Positions 56,890-64,000 of a DNA stretch of 64,000 nt are shown here, piece after piece (positions within the stretch are counted from its first letter, which is position 1; every line of letters starts with the position of its first letter). The notes under the pieces are model-generated. The model did not search any database. It worked only from the letters and a program-made list of their open reading frames with translations, and had not been told where the DNA came from. The translations under genes and the position numbers were made by a program. The DNA is taken from contig JAADYX010000098.1 in the NCBI GenBank assembly GCA_010092885.1, forward strand, positions 2,051-66,050, read 5' to 3'. Source of the DNA: Chloroflexota bacterium. GTDB taxonomy: Bacteria > Chloroflexota > Anaerolineae > Aggregatilineales > UBA3940.

Positions 56890-58443
56890 TTAAGCCAGCA
56901 CAGCGTTGTTGAAGTTGGTGCGTCCCGGGAAGGGGTGTACCGCGACACCGCTGACATTCTCAGCAAATACGCCGAATGACGCGAAGAAGTAGGGGATGAT
57001 AACAGGGCCACGCTCGATGAGGATACGCTGGATTTCCTCGTAAAGCCCAACCCGTTCGGCTTCGTCGGTGGTAGCCCCGGCTTCCTCGATCAAGGCGTCA
57101 AGTTCCTCATCGCTGAAGTGAGCCTCATTCCACATCGCGCCTGACTTGTAGGCCACATCCAGATAGAACTGTGGGATCGGGCGTGAACCCCACGGTGTGA
57201 TACCCAGATCGACTTCAAGCCAACCATCGTCCCCGTAGTAGACGGATTCTTCCTGCACTTCAATGGTGACATTGATACCGGCCTCAGCCCACTGTGATGC
57301 GAGCACCTGTGCCAGTTCGGGACGGCCTGGTGCATTGGGCACGAACAGGGTCATCTCGAGACCGTCCGGATAGCCGGCATCCGCAAGCAGCTGACGGGCC
57401 ATCTCGGGATTGTGTTCCGGCAGGGCGAATGCCTCGGTATAGTACCGGCTGTACAGCGGCCCAATGGGATTGTCCCGCCCGAGGGCACCAAAGCCCAGCT
57501 GGACGCGCTCAAATACAGCCTGCCGGTCAGTCGCGTGTTTGAATGCCAGGCGCACGTTCGGGTCGCTGCCCGGTTCACGGTCGGCGCGCAGCCGCACCAG
57601 ATCATGGCCGTTCGTTGCTACGTCCACCGCCTGGTAGAGATCCTCTTCCGACAGACCCAGGAACGTGGGATTGTCCAGCCGCAGCACTGAGTCGACTGTG
57701 CCGCTGCGCAGCGCATTGACCGCGGCTTCCGTATCTGGGAAGTAGATGAACTCCAGGCCGCCCACCGTGGGGGCACCCGCGAAGTAGTCTGGATTGGCTT
57801 CGAGAATGGCACGGTCTTCAGTGATGTATTCCACCAGGCGGAATGGGCCGGTGCCATTGAAGCTGTTGCCGATGTCTTCGGCATTGGCCTGCAAAATCAG
57901 AGCGCGATTGTCGGCCAGCGTATAAAGGAAGTCTGCATCCGGTTCGGAAAGCGTGATTGTCAGTGTGTTGCCATCCGCTTCCATGGTCTCGATGATACCA
58001 AACAGGTCAGCCGCGGAGCTTTCGTCACTACCGAGGCGTTCCAGCGTCCACATCACATCATCCAGAGTGAGGGGATCACCGTTGTGGAAGGTCACACCTT
58101 CCGCGATAGTCAACGTATAGACCGTGCCCTCTTCGTTGACTTCCCAGTCGGTTGCCAGCCGCGGCACCAATGTGTTGTCCGCGTCGGTGTCGATAAGATA
58201 GTCATAGATGGCATTGAGGAAAGCGATCTCAACATCAGCCGATGCCTGGCTTGGATCAAGCACGCTGGGCGCCCCGCCCCAGGCCACGCGGATAGTATCC
58301 GTGCTGGCACTGCCGCCTTCTTCGCCTTCATCAGTCGCCCCCGGCGTTGTGCAGGAGACGATCACCGCACCGGCAGCACCGGCAGCCATGATCTTCAGAA
58401 AACGACGGCGTGATAGGTTTTCATTTTGCTCTTTGTGAAGCAT
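56890..58443 (-). CDS. Peptide ABC transporter substrate-binding protein (family 5) with a Tat-type signal and a Cys anchor
   Basis: I trimmed to the ATG at 58443 (MLHKEQNENLSRRRFLKIMAAGAAGAVIVSC). The body is SBP_bac_5-like. Confidence 0.88.
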   Translation of the reverse strand: MLHKEQNENLSRRRFLKIMAAGAAGAVIVSCTTPGATDEGEEGGSASTDTIRVAWGGAPSVLDPSQASADVEIAFLNAIYDYLIDTDADNTLVPRLATDWEVNEEGTVYTLTIAEGVTFHNGDPLTLDDVMWTLERLGSDESSAADLFGIIETMEADGNTLTITLSEPDADFLYTLADNRALILQANAEDIGNSFNGTGPFRLVEYITEDRAILEANPDYFAGAPTVGGLEFIYFPDTEAAVNALRSGTVDSVLRLDNPTFLGLSEEDLYQAVDVATNGHDLVRLRADREPGSDPNVRLAFKHATDRQAVFERVQLGFGALGRDNPIGPLYSRYYTEAFALPEHNPEMARQLLADAGYPDGLEMTLFVPNAPGRPELAQVLASQWAEAGINVTIEVQEESVYYGDDGWLEVDLGITPWGSRPIPQFYLDVAYKSGAMWNEAHFSDEELDALIEEAGATTDEAERVGLYEEIQRILIERGPVIIPYFFASFGVFAENVSGVAVHPFPGRTNFNNAVLA

Positions 58444-58610
58444 AAATCGTGAGCTCCTTCGTATTTGGCATGCTAGGAGTATAGGCAATTACCAGGGCTC
58501 TTACCAACGAGCAGGCTGGTGAGTGAACCCGTTAGCATGTTACAATCCAAATCGTGAAGAGATGTGATATGATTGAAGCAGTACAGGATTGTGATAAGGT
58601 ATAGAACAGC

Positions 58611-59540
58611 GTGACCGACGTTCGTCCGCTCCGCTGGCACGACCTACCGCTCGCCTATCGTCTTGCCGGTCATGGGGTCAGTTTTGATACACAGCTGCGC
58701 ATAACCATCGGCGACGATCCGCTGAGGCAGGCTCTGCTGACAAGTCTCGGCCGCACCCACATCTATGTGCTTCGCTATGATGAAGAAGGTGGCCTTGGTC
58801 AGCTGCACTATCCGGCTCAGCAGTCGGTAGCCCGCTTGGCCTACATCGCTCCCATGCTTGAGAGTGCGGAAGATGAGGGGTTGTGGTTGTCTCTATTGGA
58901 TGGATTGGCAGTGGCTGCCGGTCAGCGTGGCGCAGTGAACATCATCGCGGAGGTCGACGACGACTCGCCGCTGATGGATATTCTGAGGCGGGCCAACTTT
59001 GGTGTGTATGCCCGGCAGGAGCTCTGGCGGCGTACTCGCCATGCAAATGGCGAGCCGACCGGAGTTCTGCGCCCGGCCCATGAAGCTGATGAGATCGCGA
59101 TGCGCGTGCTTTACAGCGAGCTTACCTCCGGCTTGATGCGTCAGGTTGAACCCCTTTCAACTGTGGCCGATGCCATCTATGTGATGGAAGGCCCGCAGGG
59201 GCGCAACCACATCATCGGTATGGTGATCGAGCATCGCGGGGTGCGGCGCAATATGCTGGAGATGTACCTTTCACCAGCCGCCGGGGAGCGCGCCGATGCG
59301 TTTGTGCGAGAAGCGCTCGCGCTGTCAGCCAACCCGGATCGACCTGTGTACTGCCGGATACGCTGCAAGGTTGCCGCGCTAGGCATGAGCTTGAGTGAGC
59401 ACGGTTTTGAGCCTATGGCCAGCCAGGCTGTTATGGTTCGGCACACTGCGGCGCGGATCAAGCATCACGCCTTTGAGAAACTCCCGGTGATCGACAGCAT
59501 CATGCCTGCTGCCAATCGCATCACCGATGTAGGTGACTAA
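58611..59540 (+). CDS. Hypothetical protein, possibly a tandem GNAT-like fold
   Basis: 309 aa with a GTG start. LLDGLAVAAGQRGAVNIIAEVDDDSPLMDILRRANFGVYARQ resembles a GNAT beta4-alpha3 region. Weak call. Confidence 0.4.
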   Translation: MTDVRPLRWHDLPLAYRLAGHGVSFDTQLRITIGDDPLRQALLTSLGRTHIYVLRYDEEGGLGQLHYPAQQSVARLAYIAPMLESAEDEGLWLSLLDGLAVAAGQRGAVNIIAEVDDDSPLMDILRRANFGVYARQELWRRTRHANGEPTGVLRPAHEADEIAMRVLYSELTSGLMRQVEPLSTVADAIYVMEGPQGRNHIIGMVIEHRGVRRNMLEMYLSPAAGERADAFVREALALSANPDRPVYCRIRCKVAALGMSLSEHGFEPMASQAVMVRHTAARIKHHAFEKLPVIDSIMPAANRITDVGD

Positions 59541-59597
59541 TGGTATTTGCTGATTTGATTAGAGAAGAGCAGAGTAATATTGGTAGATAACAGAATA

Positions 59598-61220
59598 ATG
59601 AGCGACAGCGTGCATCCAAAGGTGGTTATGGAACGACGTATCACGGACGACCTCACCACACTGCTTTCCGTCTTACCTTCAGACATCGCCGAGGTCATCG
59701 AGCAGATCGGTCGCAATGACGATCTGCTGGAGATTATCCTGGACCTTGGGCGTGTTCCCACCGCACGCTACACGGATGGAGAGTATGTACTCATCGACCG
59801 GGAAGTGCAGGAGGAAGACCTCGAGTCTGTTGTCATGCAGCTCGGCGATTTCGACGCGGACAACCGCGCCGGCATCGAGCGCACCCTGCATCGCATTTCC
59901 GGCATTCGCAACCGGCGCGGCGAGATCGTTGGTCTGACCTGCCGCATCGGCCGTGCTGTGTTCGGCACAATCGAGATCATCAGAGATATCGTGCAGGGTG
60001 GCAAAAGCATCCTGATGCTCGGCAAACCAGGTGTTGGTAAGACAACGATGCTCCGCGAGGCAGCCCGTGTTCTAGCACAGGAAAAGCGCGTGGTCATTGT
60101 TGACACCTCCAACGAGATAGGTGGCGACGGCGATATCCCCCATCAGGCGATTGGCAAGTCGCGGCGCATGCAGGTGCCAACCCCCAATCTCCAGCACGAG
60201 GTGATGATCGAGGCGGTGGAAAACCACAACCCTGAGGTGATCATCATTGACGAGATCGGGCGTGAGCTGGAAGCGTTGGCCGCACGCACAATCGCCGAGC
60301 GCGGCGTACAGCTGATCGGTACAGCACACGGCATCACGCTGGACAATCTGCTGCTCAACCCGCCGCTTTCCGATCTGGTTGGCGGTATTGAAAGCGTAAC
60401 CCTCTCCGATGAGGAAGCACGCCGTCGTGGCACGCAGAAGACCGTTCTGGAGCGGCGTTCACCGCCCACTTTTGACGTACTCATCGAGCTGCAAGACCGC
60501 AACACACTGGTGATCCACCATGATGTGGCCTATGCAGTCGATATGTCACTGCGGGGCAAGACCCTCCAGCCGGAGGTTCGCATTCGGCAGGAAGATGGTA
60601 CCGTCAAGATTGAAGAGGGATATACTCCCCCTCAGCGCGAGGCTAGAGCCAGTCGAAACGGCATGCGCGGCTCCGGAAAAGAGGCGCAGCCTACCCCACA
60701 GTCAGCGCCAGCCGAGGTCAGCGACGGTATTGACATCAAAAAGCCCAAAAAGCTTAAACCCGTACACGTCTATCCATACGGCATTGCTCGCAACCGGCTG
60801 ATGCAGTCGGCGAAGGACTTCGGGGTGCCGCTCTACATTGTGGAGAGTCTGGATCAGGCCGAGATCCTGCTAACGCACAAGAACTTCTACCGGCGGCGCC
60901 CACGCATCATTGTGGATGCCGAACAGCGTGGACTGCCCATCTATGTGCTGCGGTCAAACACCATCGCCCAGATGGAAAGTTTCCTTGTCGATCAGTTCGG
61001 TTTGGAGCTAGACGGCAGCAGCGACGATCTGGTGGCACGCGCCCTCAACGAGACCAGAGAGGGTATTGAAGCTGTGCTGGCAGGCGCTGAATCCATTGAC
61101 CTGACACCGCAGACAGCCTACATTCGCAAGCTGCAGCATGAGATCGTGCGGGATGCCAATCTGATCTCACACAGCTACGGGAAGGAACCCAACCGCCATA
61201 TTCGCATCTTCCGTGGGTAG
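59598..61220 (+). CDS. Ycf45/SpoIIIAA-like AAA ATPase with a C-terminal R3H nucleic-acid-binding domain
   Basis: Walker A is LGKPGVGKTTMLRE and Walker B is VIIIDEIG, followed by TAHG. The C-terminal segment HEIVRDANLISHSYGKEPNRHIRIF is R3H-like. I prefer the ATG at 59598 over the TTG at 59580. Confidence 0.75.
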   Translation: MSDSVHPKVVMERRITDDLTTLLSVLPSDIAEVIEQIGRNDDLLEIILDLGRVPTARYTDGEYVLIDREVQEEDLESVVMQLGDFDADNRAGIERTLHRISGIRNRRGEIVGLTCRIGRAVFGTIEIIRDIVQGGKSILMLGKPGVGKTTMLREAARVLAQEKRVVIVDTSNEIGGDGDIPHQAIGKSRRMQVPTPNLQHEVMIEAVENHNPEVIIIDEIGRELEALAARTIAERGVQLIGTAHGITLDNLLLNPPLSDLVGGIESVTLSDEEARRRGTQKTVLERRSPPTFDVLIELQDRNTLVIHHDVAYAVDMSLRGKTLQPEVRIRQEDGTVKIEEGYTPPQREARASRNGMRGSGKEAQPTPQSAPAEVSDGIDIKKPKKLKPVHVYPYGIARNRLMQSAKDFGVPLYIVESLDQAEILLTHKNFYRRRPRIIVDAEQRGLPIYVLRSNTIAQMESFLVDQFGLELDGSSDDLVARALNETREGIEAVLAGAESIDLTPQTAYIRKLQHEIVRDANLISHSYGKEPNRHIRIFRG

Positions 61221-61222
61221 CG

Positions 61223-61840
61223 ATGTTTATCACGTTTGAAGGGCCGGATGGAAGCGGCAAGACAACACAGATCACCCTGCTGGCCAATAGGCTGCGCCAG
61301 CAGGGTCATGTTATTTGTATCACGCGTGAGCCGGGCGGTACATCCATCGGCGAGCAGATCCGTGATGTGCTGCACAACCATAAGAATACTGAGCTTGCCC
61401 CCCGCACTGAGGTGCTCTTATACACCGCGTCGCGCGCCCAACTGGTAGCTGAAGTGATCCGACCTGCTCTGGCCGCCGGCAAGATCGTCATCAGCGACCG
61501 CTACTACGACAGTACCTTCGCCTATCAGGGCTACGGACATGGCCTTGATCTCGATATGCTCGCTGACTTAACTCAGATTGCTACGGACGGCCTCGCACCG
61601 GATTTAACGTTCTACTTCGCGTTGGAGCCCGCTGAAGGGCTGCGCCGCCGCCAGCAGGATGACGGCTCCGAGTGGAACAGGATGGATGCCCTTGCCGAGG
61701 ATTTTCACCGGCGTGTGGCACAGGGCTATCATGCCTTGATGGCGCGTGAGCCTGAGCGCTGGGTCAGCATCGATGCCTCTCGCCCTATTGAGGCAGTACA
61801 GGTCGCAGTCTGGCAGGCGGTTATGGATCGCCTTCGGTGA
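61223..61840 (+). CDS. tmk: Thymidylate kinase
   Basis: 205 aa. Motifs: MFITFEGPDGSGKTTQ and DRYYDSTFAYQG. Confidence 0.93.
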   Translation: MFITFEGPDGSGKTTQITLLANRLRQQGHVICITREPGGTSIGEQIRDVLHNHKNTELAPRTEVLLYTASRAQLVAEVIRPALAAGKIVISDRYYDSTFAYQGYGHGLDLDMLADLTQIATDGLAPDLTFYFALEPAEGLRRRQQDDGSEWNRMDALAEDFHRRVAQGYHALMAREPERWVSIDASRPIEAVQVAVWQAVMDRLR

Positions 61841-62186
61841 ACGACTCTTCAATCGAATCCGGGCTTTCACCGGATTCCAACCGCCGCGTGACCTCATCAA
61901 ACTCCGGCCCTGGATCCTCATCCATTGCACTGGCGAGTTCGCGCATGGTGCGGCCTAAGGCCTTGGGATCGTTTTCGTCCAGATTGGCCAGCCGGGCCGG
62001 ATCGGCGATACGCTCAAGCCGACGTTCTTCGCTGGTGGTGATCGCCACTCGCCGGATGATCTGGCCGATCTCGGTAGAGGCACAGTTTGGGCAGACAACT
62101 GTATCGGCATCCATTGCCGCGATAGACTCATACCGCTTTGTAAACGCGGTTCCACATTGTTTACAGCGATAATCGTAAGCAGGCAT
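61821..62186 (-). CDS. FmdB-family zinc-ribbon protein
   Basis: I trimmed to the ATG at 62186. MPAYDYRCKQCGTAF...VVCPNCAS is the CxxC-N-CxxC FmdB signature. Its 3' end overlaps tmk by 20 bp (convergent genes). Confidence 0.75.
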   Translation of the reverse strand: MPAYDYRCKQCGTAFTKRYESIAAMDADTVVCPNCASTEIGQIIRRVAITTSEERRLERIADPARLANLDENDPKALGRTMRELASAMDEDPGPEFDEVTRRLESGESPDSIEESFTEGDP

Positions 62187-62204
62187 AGGCAGAGGACTCA
62201 CTGT

Positions 62205-63005
62205 ATGTCGGATAATTCAGAGAAGCCCGTTCATCCTCTTGAGCGGCGGGTGGAACAGCCTATAGCACCCAAGCAGCCACCTCAGCAGCCGGAGGGCCCC
62301 CGCATCATCGGGATCGAAGGGCTCAGCAAACCAGTTGTAACCTATGTCCTGTTGGGGATCAACATCGTGGTCTTCCTCATAGATAGGCTGTTGGGGGGGC
62401 AGCTGACCGTCCTCGGTTGGAAGGAGGATGCAGCGATCATTGCGGGCGAATTCTGGCGGCTGTTTACACCGATGTTTCTGCATGGCGGGCTGATCCACCT
62501 TGGCCTGAACAGCTACTTTCTCTATATTGTTGGCCCGCAGATCGAGCGTACATTCGGCGCGTTTCGGTTTTTAATTTTGTACATTCTGGCCGGGATCGCA
62601 GGGGCTGTTGCCAGCTTCGCCCTGACCCCCAACCCTTCCATTGGGGCCAGCGGCGCGCTTTTCGGTCTGCTTGGTGCTTTCGTCCCGTTTCTATTGCGCA
62701 ACCGCGAGCTGCTGCCCAATACAGACCAGTCCCTCCGCCAGATCGGATTGATTATCGGGATCAACCTGTTGTTCGGCCTTCAGCCTGGTATTGACAATTG
62801 GGGCCACATTGGGGGCATGCTTGGGGGCATGGCGATGGCGTGGTTCATCACACCGCTTTACAAGGCGGAGCCAGCCGCATATTTCAGCGAGGATCTCAAA
62901 CTCGTCGATCAATCCGATCCGGTGACGACGACTTTGGCAGCGGGGGCCGCTCTGACCGTTCTGTTGGGCCTGCTCACCGCGCTGCTGATCGGCGTCAAGG
63001 TGTGA
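62205..63005 (+). CDS. Rhomboid-family intramembrane serine protease
   Basis: I trimmed to the ATG at 62205. Motifs: WRLFTPMFLHGGLIHL, GASGALFGLLGA and HIGGMLGG. Confidence 0.88.
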   Translation: MSDNSEKPVHPLERRVEQPIAPKQPPQQPEGPRIIGIEGLSKPVVTYVLLGINIVVFLIDRLLGGQLTVLGWKEDAAIIAGEFWRLFTPMFLHGGLIHLGLNSYFLYIVGPQIERTFGAFRFLILYILAGIAGAVASFALTPNPSIGASGALFGLLGAFVPFLLRNRELLPNTDQSLRQIGLIIGINLLFGLQPGIDNWGHIGGMLGGMAMAWFITPLYKAEPAAYFSEDLKLVDQSDPVTTTLAAGAALTVLLGLLTALLIGVKV

Positions 63006-64000
63006 TCAGCTTGTAGCCGCGCCCACGCACTGTTGTGATGTAGCGCGGACTGCCCGAGTCGGGCTCAACCTTAGAGCGCAGACGGCTGACGAGTTTCTCA
63101 ATGCGAGCATCGTCTACCTCATCGATGTATTCCACGCCCCACACCGTCTCAACGATCTGGTATTTGTCGGTCAGTTTGTTACGCCGCTCGAATAGCAGGG
63201 ACATCAGCTTGAACTCAAGCTCGGTCAGGGCTGGTGTGCTGGCCCCTTCCACCCACACCTCCCCCGCATCATGATCCACCCATAGGCCGTCTTCCTGCTC
63301 CACCCGTGCCTGTCGTCGCAGAAACTCAAAAAGCAGGTCGGCAAAGATGCTGGGTTCACCCTCTTCCATCTCGATCAGTCCCCAACGCAGGAGGGCTGTG
63401 ATCATGGTCGGCGAGAGCTGCTCCGCGCTGCCCGTCGCAATCTGGCCCAGTGCCTGCCGTTCGTCCGGAGCCAGCTGCCCGATCAACCGGCTGCATTCCG
63501 TACGGATGGTTGCATCATGGAGAAAGTAGTCCAGAACTGTCTCAAAGTTGTCGGTGATCGGCGCGCCGCTGGCCTCTGTTTCATGCAGCAGTTCGGCCAA
63601 TTGGCTGACCGCCGCACGCAGCAGGCGGGGGTGTCCGCCCGTTTGCTCCCACATGAAGTCCAGCTCGTGCTCGCTGATCTCGTCTGTCACGCCTGCATGG
63701 GCAGCCAGGCCGCGCACCAACTCATCAGCCTCGGCTCGCTTCAATGGACCCAAATAGAATGTCGCAGACGCAAACATCTCAATGAACTCAGCGGTTTGCT
63801 CATCAAAGCGACGCGAGCCGAGCCGCCTAACAGTGGCTGTGATGTATATGAGGTTGCGCGGATAGCGGTCCTTCATATGGCGCAGATTGAGCAGTACCCG
63901 AGCATCCAATGAGTCAAATGCCTCGTCGAACTCGTCCAGCAGCAGGATCACGTCGCGGTCGCCCTCTTCAATGACGGTAGTCATTGCGCTGTTGAAGCTA
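62995..64000 (-). CDS. ATPase-domain regulator with a C-terminal OmpR/PhoB-type winged-helix DNA-binding domain (5' end outside the window)
   Basis: The frame stays open upstream of M63984 to the window edge (...SFNSAMTTV). Walker B is VILLLDEFD. The C-terminal segment LTELEFKLMSLLFERRNKLTDKYQIVETVWG...RLRSKVE...YITTVRGRGYKL is trans_reg_C-like. Confidence 0.75.
   Translation of the reverse strand, partial: SFNSAMTTVIEEGDRDVILLLDEFDEAFDSLDARVLLNLRHMKDRYPRNLIYITATVRRLGSRRFDEQTAEFIEMFASATFYLGPLKRAEADELVRGLAAHAGVTDEISEHELDFMWEQTGGHPRLLRAAVSQLAELLHETEASGAPITDNFETVLDYFLHDATIRTECSRLIGQLAPDERQALGQIATGSAEQLSPTMITALLRWGLIEMEEGEPSIFADLLFEFLRRQARVEQEDGLWVDHDAGEVWVEGASTPALTELEFKLMSLLFERRNKLTDKYQIVETVWGVEYIDEVDDARIEKLVSRLRSKVEPDSGSPRYITTVRGRGYKLITP

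Noticed and set aside
58444-58610. A 9 bp direct repeat, aaatcgtga (58444-58452 and 58549-58557), in the divergent promoter region
   Set aside because: It is a short, single pair of repeats with no dyad symmetry, and one copy overlaps the SBP start codon. This is compatible with chance.
1-64000. A mobile genetic element, prophage or defence island somewhere in the window
   Set aside because: I found no integrase, transposase, recombinase, tRNA attachment site, terminal inverted repeats, phage structural genes or toxin-antitoxin pairs. By eye, composition and gene density look uniform. I could not run any composition statistics.

Overview
The window is GC-rich, very gene-dense, and looks like core chromosome. 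I resolve about 55 protein-coding genes with short intergenic gaps. I found no rRNA, tRNA, CRISPR array, transposase, integrase or prophage gene.

The gene content suggests a monoderm-type, probably Chloroflexota-like organism. This is an inference only, since no database search was possible. The supporting features are an LCP ligase, Lgt plus many lipoproteins with Pro/Thr-rich tethers, short-N-terminus Mur ligases, a Ycf45-like R3H ATPase, and several large ATPase-TPR regulators.

Recognisable blocks:
- polA
- a tandem deoxynucleoside-kinase pair, one copy fused to a MazG domain
- LCP plus a membrane pseudophosphatase
- tsaD, a dead RNase H-like gene and a CDF transporter
- lexA with a textbook GAAC-N4-GTTC operator
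- lgt, a sulfatase-like gene, alaX and an esterase
- an 11.5 kb same-strand ion-homeostasis cluster: PNaS-like, Usp, P-type ATPase, YugP, mrpA(B)CDEFG
- murF-like, murE-like, mraY and an HTTM protein
- a MalT/LuxR regulator
- comEA and an acyl-CoA carboxyltransferase
- a peptide ABC transporter
- a Ycf45-like ATPase, tmk and a rhomboid protease

I see no defence island or mobile element. The most unusual items are:
1. An HTTM membrane protein translationally coupled to mraY, downstream of two Mur ligases that lack domain 1.
2. A deoxynucleoside kinase-MazG fusion.
3. A LexA whose Ala-Gly cleavage site reads Ala-Ser.
4. A degenerate GGDEF-RHH protein next to lexA.
5. Several pseudo-enzymes: an RNase H-like, a PP2C-like, an FGE-like and a sulfatase-like protein.

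All functional calls rest on motifs read by eye from the supplied translations. None is confirmed by a search.
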